Shown: piece after piece, positions 40,607 to 49,924 of the stretch | How positions within the stretch are numbered: position 1 is the stretch's first letter | Layout of the letters: every line of letters starts with the position of its first letter | Origin: a bacterium | Lineage (GTDB): Bacteria > SM23-31 | Reading direction: 5' to 3' | Length of the DNA: 64,000 bases | NCBI GenBank assembly: GCA_965249485.1 | Contig: OZ252239.1 | Location: 96,001 to 160,000 of the forward strand | The notes under the pieces: generated by a model | What the model was told of the DNA's origin: nothing | The model's database searches: none | Seen by the model: only the letters and a program-made list of their open reading frames with translations | Position numbers and translations under genes: made by a program

Positions 40607-42541
40607 TTACTGCGATTTCTTGAAGATGTTAATCAAACTCCCCTCAAGGACCATTTCCACCTGATAATTGCTCAGAGCATGCCTGGTATCGTATGTTGCA
40701 TTTTTGGTCTGGTTTATAACTTGTACTTTATTTCCATTTTGAATTACGTCTCGTACATCCTGAATTTTCAAATTATCATCCCTGTCAATTGTTTTATAAT
40801 CTTCTGGATTGTTAAATGTTAGTGGAAGAACACCGAAATTTGCAAGATTCTGCCAATGAATCCGCGCAAAGCTCTTAGCGATTACAGCCTTAACACCGAT
40901 ATAACGCGGTGCAATTACCGCATGTTCTCGGCTTGAACCTTGTCCGTAATTGCTTCCCCCGACGATAATTGAACCAGTATCTCGTAATTTAAACGCTCTA
41001 TCATAATAAGTCTCATCTACTTGACCGTATGTAAATTTACTGATTTCCGGAATATTACTCCTGAACGGCAGCACTTTTGTGCCGGCAGGAAGAATGTCAT
41101 CTGTTGAAATGTTGTCACCTACCTTTAAGAGTACAGGACATTCAAGTACAAGAGGAAGCGGATCAAACAGCGGAAACGGTTTAATATTGGGGCCCTTTTC
41201 AAGTGTGACTTTTTCACCGTCATCTGACGGAGCAAGGAGCGTATGAGTGTTGATAACGATTTCGTCAGGCTCTGTAAAGTGCGGGTAGTCCATATCCAAA
41301 GTTCGCGGATCGGTAATCACTCCTCTCAATGCGGAAGCGGCTGCCGTTTCCGGACTGCAAAGATAAACCTGGTCTTCTTTTGTTCCCGATCTTCCCAGAA
41401 AATTCCTGGGTACTGTCCGCAGGCTTATTTTGCCTGTAGCGGGGGCCTGGCCCATACCGATACAGCCGTTGCATCCCGCCTGGTGTATACGGGCGCCGGC
41501 ATGGAGCAGTTTCTGAAGATAGCCATGGTTTATCAAATTTTCCTGTATTTGACGTGAAGAGGGATTAACATCCAATGATACCCGGTCATGCACTTGCTTG
41601 CCATCGATGATAAGAGCTGAGATTGCAAAGTCCCTGAATCCAGGATTTGCCGACGATCCAATCATGGATTGATAAATCTCTTTTCCGGCAACTTCCCGCA
41701 CCGGTACGACATTTCCCGGGCTGCTTGGACAAGCAATCAGCGGTTCTAAATCGTTGAGGACAATTTCTTCATGTTCGTCATATTCGGCATCCTGATCTGC
41801 AATCAATTCCGTCCATACGTCTTCACGTTTATTTATCCTGAGAAATTTTCTGACAACCTCATCCGATGGAAATACCGAAGTCGTCGCACCGAGTTCAGCA
41901 CCCATATTAGCAATAACATGTCGATCCATTGCCGAAAGATTCTCAATGCCCGGACCATAATATTCAATTATTTTACCGACTCCTCCTTGTACATCATAGC
42001 GACGCAGCATCTCGAGGATCACGTCCTTCGCACTTACCCATTCAGGAAGTGAACCGGTTACTTTCACACCCCAAATCTTCGGCATCGTGACATAAAACGG
42101 TTTCCCTGCTATTGCCATTGCGACAGCCAATCCACCGGCTCCCATCGCCAGCATACCTAATGACCCGGCAGCACAGGTATGGCTATCAGACCCGAGAAGT
42201 GTTTTACCCGGTGCGCCAAAATGTTCCATATGAACCGGGTGACTCACACCATTACCCGCTCTGCTAAACCAGAGTCCGAATTTTTTACACGCACTCTGTA
42301 GAAAAAGATGATCATCCGGATTTTTAAAGTCGGATTGAATTACGTTGTGATCTACGTATTGTGCGGAAATTTCGCTTTGTGCCTTCTTAAGACCCATTGC
42401 CTCCAGTTCTAACATTACCATTGTACCTGTGGCATCTTGTGTTAATGTCTGATCGATCTTCAGGCCAATCTCTTCTCCCGGAAACATCTCTCCTTCTACA
42501 AGGTGAGATTGTATCAATTTCTGTGTTACATTTTTTCCCAT
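40607..42541 (-). CDS. Aconitate hydratase-family protein (short, ~640-aa type)
   Basis: QDATG, GSDSHT, NMGAELGA, GCNGCIG, NISTDDI, NYGQGSSREHA. Confidence 0.92.
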   Translation of the reverse strand: MGKNVTQKLIQSHLVEGEMFPGEEIGLKIDQTLTQDATGTMVMLELEAMGLKKAQSEISAQYVDHNVIQSDFKNPDDHLFLQSACKKFGLWFSRAGNGVSHPVHMEHFGAPGKTLLGSDSHTCAAGSLGMLAMGAGGLAVAMAIAGKPFYVTMPKIWGVKVTGSLPEWVSAKDVILEMLRRYDVQGGVGKIIEYYGPGIENLSAMDRHVIANMGAELGATTSVFPSDEVVRKFLRINKREDVWTELIADQDAEYDEHEEIVLNDLEPLIACPSSPGNVVPVREVAGKEIYQSMIGSSANPGFRDFAISALIIDGKQVHDRVSLDVNPSSRQIQENLINHGYLQKLLHAGARIHQAGCNGCIGMGQAPATGKISLRTVPRNFLGRSGTKEDQVYLCSPETAAASALRGVITDPRTLDMDYPHFTEPDEIVINTHTLLAPSDDGEKVTLEKGPNIKPFPLFDPLPLVLECPVLLKVGDNISTDDILPAGTKVLPFRSNIPEISKFTYGQVDETYYDRAFKLRDTGSIIVGGSNYGQGSSREHAVIAPRYIGVKAVIAKSFARIHWQNLANFGVLPLTFNNPEDYKTIDRDDNLKIQDVRDVIQNGNKVQVINQTKNATYDTRHALSNYQVEMVLEGSLINIFKKSQ

Positions 42542-42615
42542 AAGAATTACTCCCCAACTTATATTAAATGTCAGTTTCGGTACACTTTAATATAAACAGT
42601 AAAATGTAATATTTT

Positions 42616-42641
42616 CTCACTGGGCTGCACGATTTACGAAC
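42616..42641. repeat. Junction repeat family A, copy 10
   Basis: CTCACTGGGCTGCACGATTTACGAAC. Confidence 0.75.
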
Positions 42642-42727
42642 ATTGAGGCAATTAAGCAGATATGCTTAATTAGGAGAAAAAATGAATAATACTGCAACAT
42701 ATATAAATTATTTAATTCGATTTAAAA

Positions 42728-43642
42728 TCATTTGAGTTTAAGGATACGTTTGACATTACCTGCGAATACATTATGTTGGTCATCCTGATTTAAACCAATA
42801 GAATTTAGAATATCCAACTGTTCCCTGAAAAGATCGTCTCTCCAGCCGCGAGGAAAGACCGATGAATCAGTCCCAAACATGATCCGCCCGCTTCCAAATA
42901 TCTCAAACGCCTTTTTGAAAACATCGGTCATGGTTATACTCTCAGGTTGTGTCCGTATCCAACTGTTCGAACTTGATGTGTCAACGTAAACGTTTTCGCA
43001 GAGTGAGCCAAGCATGAGGGTTTCCCGAAAAAAACCACAGCCGAAATGCGGGATGACAAAAATTGTTTCAGGAAACCTGTTTGCAGTCACCTGGAGATCC
43101 AGTGGATTTCCATAGCGTATATCAAACGGACGCGGTAGCCCGATCGCATCACGAAGTGGTATCGAAAGCAACCCGAAATGTACAAGAATGACCATGCCGT
43201 AGAATGCAGCGGCTTTCAATACAGGGATTATGGATTCATCAGATATACTGTAACTATGCATGACCGGAAAAAGGAGTAATCCCTTTAAACCTTTTTCATG
43301 AACGGCATGAACAGAATCAACAGCATTCTTGGCACATGGATTTAGAAGCGTAAAGCCGGTCAATCTGCCTGAACTGAATTGTACTGCTTCTGCAACGGCA
43401 TCAGATTCCTCGAGAAGACTGGCAAAGATTACCATTCGGCTGACTCCGAATTTATCCATTTCCGCATGCCATTTTTTTGTATGTTCTTGAACGTTACTAT
43501 TGGGGATTTCTACTCCCTGGCTGCTTTGAATAAGATGCAAAGATTTTTCAATATCGGCGTTTTTGTTTTTCTGTTGTATAAGTGCCGAGAAAAATTGATA
43601 AGAAAAGAAGTGTGTATGTGCGTCTATGATCTCATGTGCCAT
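42728..43642 (-). CDS. Amidohydrolase_2-family protein
   Basis: IIDAHTH, VHFG, IPHFG, VYVDTS, MFGTDS. Confidence 0.9.
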   Translation of the reverse strand: MAHEIIDAHTHFFSYQFFSALIQQKNKNADIEKSLHLIQSSQGVEIPNSNVQEHTKKWHAEMDKFGVSRMVIFASLLEESDAVAEAVQFSSGRLTGFTLLNPCAKNAVDSVHAVHEKGLKGLLLFPVMHSYSISDESIIPVLKAAAFYGMVILVHFGLLSIPLRDAIGLPRPFDIRYGNPLDLQVTANRFPETIFVIPHFGCGFFRETLMLGSLCENVYVDTSSSNSWIRTQPESITMTDVFKKAFEIFGSGRIMFGTDSSVFPRGWRDDLFREQLDILNSIGLNQDDQHNVFAGNVKRILKLK

Positions 43643-43673
43643 TTTATTTACAATGGAATGTTAGAATTTATTT

Positions 43674-43842
43674 GACATTTCCCATATCAATTCATTAATA
43701 GAAAATAATTGGGATTTTGTTGAAAGATAAAGCACATGTAAGATATGATATACTTCGTCAGAATGTATTGAAAATTATGATATATATGTGGCTTTTACAA
43801 GTGTTTTCTGCCCTCCCCCCGGGCTGTACGATTTACGAACCT
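43674..43842. repeat. Long junction element, family A copy 11
   Basis: CCCATATCAAT...TGATATACTTCGTCAGAA...TTTTACAAGTGTTTTC...CCCCGGGCTGTACGATTTACGAACCT. Confidence 0.85.
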
Positions 43843-43891
43843 GTTGCTATTGCATATTTGTTGTTCAAAAGACAAAAGGTGTATTGTGTTA

Positions 43892-44787
43892 TTAATTTAA
43901 AAATCCATCGAGCGTGGATAATTTCGGCGCTCTTAAAAATCTTGCAACGGTCTGCTCATACATCTCATACATCTCCGGCATCATTTCCTTCAGTTCGTCA
44001 CTATTCTTAATAGTCCAATTACTCCCTCCCATATTTTGAGGTCCCAAACGGTTGATATGAATTTATAACTGAACTCCTGAAGTATTACCCTTAACCTCCG
44101 TTCTTCATTTTCGACTCCACTGTATTTTTCTATGATATATTGGTAGTCGTAATACCCCTTGGCCTCACTTTCCAGCAAAAACCTATAAAGCTGTGAATCC
44201 TTTGTAACAGCCCATTCTTCAGGAAAGGTGTAATGAATTCCAATGTCATTCGCGTAATGTAAAATGTGCTCAACGACCTCGTGTATCTGTTCGGGTCCAG
44301 GTTCAAGTTCCATGATAACGTCGCATACACTGTTCTGACTTCTTGTAATATTCCACGCCGCCAGATCTTCGGGAGATGCGATACGGTCTCTACCCTTATA
44401 GAGAGGGATCAAAACCCTGTATTCGTACATATTCCTGATAAACTGTTCTTGCAGCTGTCTGTCGATTAATTCGTCCTGTGGAAGAGTCTCTGTTATTGTT
44501 TGAGAGACTCTCCGCATAAAATCATCGGTTACATCATCCCGAGCGACAAGTGTATAGCCGTAGACAGTAATCTTTTTTGTGAATGGTGGATACTCATCAG
44601 TCGGGACAACACCGGTATTCATATACAAATCACTGGGTGCCGAAGTTGCCCTCGAAAGCATGACGCATCTTCCCCCATAATGGGTCTTCGCTGTATCAGT
44701 TGCAACCGTTTCGGCTGTTTCCGAACTACAAAAACTCAATAACAAGGTTAAAGAAAAGATCGCGCAAAAAATTTGTCGGGTAAACAT
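43892..44787 (-). pseudogene. Frameshifted paralog of the zincin-like lipoprotein 34023..34919
   Basis: The called ORF ends at 43990; an alternative frame from ~44035 gives WTIKNSDELKEMMPEMYEMYEQTVARFLRAP..., matching the paralog C-terminus, and stops at 43892. Confidence 0.8.
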
Positions 44788-44829
44788 CAGACACCTCCTT
44801 CAATAAGTGACGATTGTGTTTGGTGGAAC

Positions 44830-46260
44830 TTAATTAATGAGAATAAGCTCCTTTTGCGGTGGAGATAAATACGCGACTCCACTCTCGGTGGCAATCGCCT
44901 GCTCATGATCCCAAAATAATAAATATTGGTCTTCGCGTTCGTTGGATGTAGGCGACGGCATATAGAAAAAATATTCTAAAACAAAGTGATGATTGGGTGA
45001 AAGTGGTATATCTAAAGTCCATTCCGGACCATTAGAACCAATCCTGGGGCCAAAATAAATACCGTGCTTTCTCTCGTGCGCTCCTTTTCCCATGCCATGG
45101 CTGTCGATAGCAATTTGGGTTTTTTCAGGATCATAGCCTATGGCATAAACGGGGAAATCGTTCTTTGGCTGAACCATATGCAATTGGGAATCCCTGACAA
45201 TAAATCCTTCCTCCTCAAATTTCAGGGTGTAGTTTTGAATTATCTCACGAGGAGTAAGTCCCGCCCTGATGGTTTCAACCAGAATCTTTTTGATTTTCTG
45301 GTATTCTGCCCAGAGTTTTTGGATTTCCAGAGGGGGTCCGGTCTCTCCGTCACGGAGCACATAGGCGAACATTCCCTGGCTTGGTGCTGCAACGATGTCG
45401 CCTCTCTGGACCACGCTGTTTTCCAAGCCTGCACTCCGTCCCCTTTGTGATAATCCAGTGCTCATCCGGCGAAAGACAACTACATCCACCTCATAATTTC
45501 CGGTTTCACCCAACTCGCGAGTGCTGGTTACACCCGGCACGATTTCAGCAATGGTTTTCTTTGCAAGTTCAACTTCGTCCTGACGCATTTTCTTAAGGAG
45601 TTCGATTTCGCTCGGCACCGGAGTTATTTGGTATTCCATCATTACATATTCAGACGAGACCAGCCTGTCCGCGTAGGTATCACCGAGCTCTTTCGTCAAG
45701 AGGAGGTAATCTATATGTGAAATGCCGTCTTGTGCCCTTGGGGAAGTCGCCCACGTTGCCAGATTTTCCCTGTAATTTACCGCAATGCGTTTGGGATCAC
45801 GTGCTTCAACAAATTCTCTGAGTCCTTTAAATCGGTAATCATATTCTGTCATTGGGTTTACCACAGGTTGCTGCACAAAAACCGGGTCGTAGATTATATC
45901 GTAGGCTCCACTTTCTTCAACCAACGTCTCCCTCTCTCCCTGTTCACGCTGCGTAGCTCCCCAGCGACGTCCGAGGACCGCCCGTTCGATCCTGTCACCA
46001 CCACGGTCTGTGAATACGATGAGACCGGAGGTGCTGCCCAAGTCTTCTGCACCAAAGGGATCAGGATTTTCTATTCTCATTACATGAATCCACATGTCGA
46101 CATTGTTCTTTCGCATGGCTTGAGGCAGAACGAGGTCAAACTTTTCCCGGCGAATCTGATTATTCCATCCCTTCAGATCGTCCATTTCCTGAGCCTGTAC
46201 ATTGGCAAAAGATACTGTAAACATCACAGAAATTAAAAATGCCAATACTCGAGATATCAT
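44830..46260 (-). CDS. Secreted M24-like protein (close paralog of 20331..21740)
   Basis: Shared RRMSTGLSQRGRSAG and HHFVLEYFFYMPSPTSNEREDQYLLFW. Confidence 0.8.
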   Translation of the reverse strand: MISRVLAFLISVMFTVSFANVQAQEMDDLKGWNNQIRREKFDLVLPQAMRKNNVDMWIHVMRIENPDPFGAEDLGSTSGLIVFTDRGGDRIERAVLGRRWGATQREQGERETLVEESGAYDIIYDPVFVQQPVVNPMTEYDYRFKGLREFVEARDPKRIAVNYRENLATWATSPRAQDGISHIDYLLLTKELGDTYADRLVSSEYVMMEYQITPVPSEIELLKKMRQDEVELAKKTIAEIVPGVTSTRELGETGNYEVDVVVFRRMSTGLSQRGRSAGLENSVVQRGDIVAAPSQGMFAYVLRDGETGPPLEIQKLWAEYQKIKKILVETIRAGLTPREIIQNYTLKFEEEGFIVRDSQLHMVQPKNDFPVYAIGYDPEKTQIAIDSHGMGKGAHERKHGIYFGPRIGSNGPEWTLDIPLSPNHHFVLEYFFYMPSPTSNEREDQYLLFWDHEQAIATESGVAYLSPPQKELILIN

Positions 46261-46283
46261 GACGTGTTCCTCTTTTTAAAAAA

Positions 46284-46448
46284 CTGATATTCTCCCTATC
46301 AAATCTCTAAAATAGATTAATTGGGAGTGTGTATGAAATATGATGTATGTCGTTGGAACAAGTCCGACATTTAGAGTTGAAATCTTTGAGAAATATTTTG
46401 CTATTACAAATATTTTCTACTCACCAGGCTGTACGATTTGCGAATCTT
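46284..46448. repeat. Junction element, family A copy 12
   Basis: Core CTCACCAGGCTGTACGATTTGCGAATCTT abuts the stop of 46448..47923. Confidence 0.82.
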
Positions 46449-47923
46449 CAACGAATAAGATGGATCTCACTGGGCGGTGGAGTTAAATACACAATTCCAT
46501 TCTCGGTGGCATGCGCGCCGTCGTGAAACCATAGATTTAGACGGTCTTCTTTGTCTTCTGTGGCAGGCAACGGCATATACATGAAGAATTCCACGGCAAA
46601 GTGGTGAAACATTTGGAGTGTTATCTCATGCTGATAATCCGGACCTAAAGAACCGATCCTGGGGGGATATGATCCTTTTCCCAGACCATGCAAGTCGATT
46701 GAAACCTGGGTTTTTTCAGGATCGAGATCTTTATCAAATCTTTGTGCACGATTGACAATAATCCCTATTTCGTCAAGTTTCCACTTGATAATTTCGAATG
46801 TTTCCGCCGCGGTACGGCCAACCTTGATGTTCTCGTCTAAGACTTTGCGGATTTTCATCCCCTCTGACCAGAGTTTTTGGATTTCCAGCGGCGGTTCCGT
46901 CTCTCCTTCACGGAGCACATAGCCGTATTCGATTTTCATTTCGAAGAAGTTCCCGAATTTCCAAAGGTCCCTGACGCCTTCTAGATCGTAATCTCCTTCC
47001 GCCCCATGGTCGATGATAAAGAAGTCGCCTCTTTGGACGACATTGTCTCCACGTGTTCCCTTTCCAAACCTATTCCTGATAGAAAGACCTCCCTCGTAAC
47101 CGGTACTAAGATCGCTCCGTTTGGTCACACCTGGGACGATTTTCGCGAAATCATTCTTGAACGCCTCTTCGAACTCCTCGCGTATTTTCTTATACATGAC
47201 AAGTTCGCTCTCGACGGGTCTTGATAAGTAATCGAAAATCAGCATTTCAGACGAGACCAGCCTCTCGGCATATTTGTCGCCAAGCGCTTCAGTCAATAAA
47301 AGGTAGTCTGTATGCGAAATACCATCGTTTGTGGGCGTACTTATGATCGGTCCGAGCTTATGCTTAAAATTCAACGCGATACGTTTTGGGTCACGTTCGG
47401 CCACAAATTCTCCGATACCCTGGAATCGATAATCATATTCTGTTTTCGGACCGCCCACCGTTTCTCTCCGGGGAATGGATTCGCTTATGATGTCATAGGC
47501 CCCGCATTCTTCAACGGTACCCGGATCCGGATTTGGAATAGGATACGAACCATCATTAGAGCTCCATCGACGCCCGAGAGCTGCCCGCTCGATCCTGTCA
47601 CCGCCTCGGTCTGTAAAAATGAAAACACCGGAATTACTACCGAGGTCTGCATAAAAACCAGAATTTACGTAGTTACCGAAGGAATGAACATTGCCTTCCC
47701 GCATCACGTGAATCCACATATCGATTCCTTGCGCCCGCATGACCTTAGGCAGGATGAGATCGAACTTGTCCCGGCGGATTTGATTCGTAAGCTCCTCGAT
47801 GCTGAGCTTTTTCAACTCCTGCTCATTGGGTATTAAAAATGTCGATTGGGCTGATGTAGTAACACTCAGACCGAAAAACACGAATAAAGAAAAGATTGCA
47901 CAATAAACTTGTCGAATAGACAT
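46448..47923 (-). CDS. Secreted M24-like protein
   Basis: DMWIHV, DGISH, QRGD, DLHG, FAVEF. Confidence 0.78.
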   Translation of the reverse strand: MSIRQVYCAIFSLFVFFGLSVTTSAQSTFLIPNEQELKKLSIEELTNQIRRDKFDLILPKVMRAQGIDMWIHVMREGNVHSFGNYVNSGFYADLGSNSGVFIFTDRGGDRIERAALGRRWSSNDGSYPIPNPDPGTVEECGAYDIISESIPRRETVGGPKTEYDYRFQGIGEFVAERDPKRIALNFKHKLGPIISTPTNDGISHTDYLLLTEALGDKYAERLVSSEMLIFDYLSRPVESELVMYKKIREEFEEAFKNDFAKIVPGVTKRSDLSTGYEGGLSIRNRFGKGTRGDNVVQRGDFFIIDHGAEGDYDLEGVRDLWKFGNFFEMKIEYGYVLREGETEPPLEIQKLWSEGMKIRKVLDENIKVGRTAAETFEIIKWKLDEIGIIVNRAQRFDKDLDPEKTQVSIDLHGLGKGSYPPRIGSLGPDYQHEITLQMFHHFAVEFFMYMPLPATEDKEDRLNLWFHDGAHATENGIVYLTPPPSEIHLIR

Positions 47924-47943
47924 AATTGAGCCTCATTCATCTA

Positions 47944-48126
47944 ATATATATTCTCTAATCAATTCTTAAAAAGAGCTTAATTATAGGTATGTGTTTAATG
48001 AAGAAAACTATGAGAATGTGATGTACCCCGTTCATGGTACTTTGATTTGTTTGATAAAAATGGCAAAATATACTGTTGGCTTTTACAAGTCTATTTTGCT
48101 CCTCCGGCTGTACGAATTGCGAATCT
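47944..48126. repeat. Long junction element, family A copy 13
   Basis: Core CTCCTCCGGCTGTACGAATTGCGAATCT; leader matches 34940-35030. Confidence 0.85.
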
Positions 48127-48132
48127 AAATGC

Positions 48133-49521
48133 TCAACGGATCAGTAATATCCGTTCGTTTGGCGGATGAAGAAATTCAACTCCCCGGCTGGATACAACGT
48201 GATTACCTTCAATATTCAAAGAAATAGGGAAACCGGGCCGCTCAGGAAGGTTCACATGTACCATATATTCAAATGCGAAGAAATGGTTCTCTTCGATCAT
48301 CAGATGGTCGCGGTCTGACCGAAAAGGTGCAATTGAGGGACCGACAGTCTCGAGGCCGCCGTTATTATTGCCTTCAGTGTGAAGGTCTATGTTGAATCCT
48401 GGCTTATCGGTATTTACGAGAGCTTTCTGAATCATCTTGTAATCTTCGATGCCGTTGTCAATATACGGTGTATAGATGTAGCCTTCACTTTCCAAGTCGG
48501 CAACGATTGCTTTCAGTGTTGCGCCGGCGGTCCTGCCAATTTTAACGTTTCTCCGGATGACTGCCTGCGCTGCCATCGCTGTATCGTAGGCATACTGAAT
48601 ACTTTCGGGGACCTTAGTTTCCCCTTCCCGCATAATATATGCATCCCGCTTAAAATCTGTCTGAAAGTAGTCAAGATACCAAATGCCGGTATCAAATGCA
48701 AAAAAATCACCCCGCTGAAGAACATAGTCGTCGTGACAAATCCACCACCGTGAATCCGGCGGATCGATAGGTTCAGACACTGCCGAATAGAGAATCCTAG
48801 GCAATGGTATTTCCAGCTCATATCCTCTTTTTATCAAACCACGCTTAAAAAACTCCTCCGTTATCCACCAACCTACATCTTCCAGCGTCGTTACACCTGG
48901 TGTGATAACTTCATTCGTCAAGGCGCGTTCGAGAATTTGACGGTGTACTTCCAATGCATTGGTCATACCTGAAACTTCCATGAGTGTCCGTCGTGCCCTG
49001 AAAGATGTGATCACGTTCTCGGCAGACACGATTCGTGAAGTATATTTCGGTCCGAGGATTTTCTCCAGCTTCACATATTGGGAATGTGAAATGCCATCGG
49101 CAATAGCGAGCCAATCCGATGTGTTGACTGCTATTGTTTTTGGATCACGTTCAGCTATAAATTCTCTTAATTCGTCGTAAACTGAGAAGTCCACTTTGCC
49201 GTAATCATATCCTTCAATAGCCCGTGCAATTGCACTTGAACCTTCTACATCAATATTTGCAACAGTTCCTCCGCCGCCGAATACAGCCCGTTCTATCCTG
49301 TCTCCCAGATTGGTAAAAATCAAATAGCCTGACGTCGATCCAAACTGCTGAGCAAGCGGATCGGGATCTCCATCGCGAGTAACATGGATCCACATGTCCA
49401 CTTTATTGTCGCGCATGGCCCCTGGCAGAATAAGGTCAAGTTTTTCGTTTCGTATAAGACGGAGCACTTCTCCGCCGGTTTTTGACGTATGCATTCCATG
49501 TTCTCCAAGCATCATGTACAT
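48133..49521 (-). CDS. M24-like peptidase lacking a signal peptide (paralog of 28854..30311)
   Basis: Aligns from H.T.KTGGEV onward; FDTG..TDFKR, DLH, FEY, NIEGN. Confidence 0.8.
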   Translation of the reverse strand: MYMMLGEHGMHTSKTGGEVLRLIRNEKLDLILPGAMRDNKVDMWIHVTRDGDPDPLAQQFGSTSGYLIFTNLGDRIERAVFGGGGTVANIDVEGSSAIARAIEGYDYGKVDFSVYDELREFIAERDPKTIAVNTSDWLAIADGISHSQYVKLEKILGPKYTSRIVSAENVITSFRARRTLMEVSGMTNALEVHRQILERALTNEVITPGVTTLEDVGWWITEEFFKRGLIKRGYELEIPLPRILYSAVSEPIDPPDSRWWICHDDYVLQRGDFFAFDTGIWYLDYFQTDFKRDAYIMREGETKVPESIQYAYDTAMAAQAVIRRNVKIGRTAGATLKAIVADLESEGYIYTPYIDNGIEDYKMIQKALVNTDKPGFNIDLHTEGNNNGGLETVGPSIAPFRSDRDHLMIEENHFFAFEYMVHVNLPERPGFPISLNIEGNHVVSSRGVEFLHPPNERILLIR

Positions 49522-49924
49522 TCAATTCAAAAGATTTTTAGTGACAAATGATACGATAAGCAATTGACTTTTACAAGTCATTTCTAATCTCTAATCAATT
49601 AATCAATTACGTCAACTATCCAGCAAACATAAACCCCGGTTTAGTTTCGCAATCAACGGTGATTGACCAATAATCATATCACATAATAAAAGATCACTGG
49701 TGGTCTGATTTGAACGTTACCACGACACATTATGATTTTCAAAACGTTTAAGTATTTCTCAGTAATATAGCCTGGCACACACCGTAAATCATAGTTATAA
49801 TAGGTTTGCTATTTATTTGTATGAGTAATATATTGCGTCTTTAATTTTTATTTTGACACGTGTAGATCGAGTTTCAACCTGAACAAAAAATTAACTGATC
49901 AATGTAAGCACTAAATTATAAGGA

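Noticed and set aside
43717..44010. Small + strand ORFs containing PGCT(I/N) (also 9431, 24551, 28770)
   Set aside because: These are chance translations through the repeat core, with no conserved start, stop or length.
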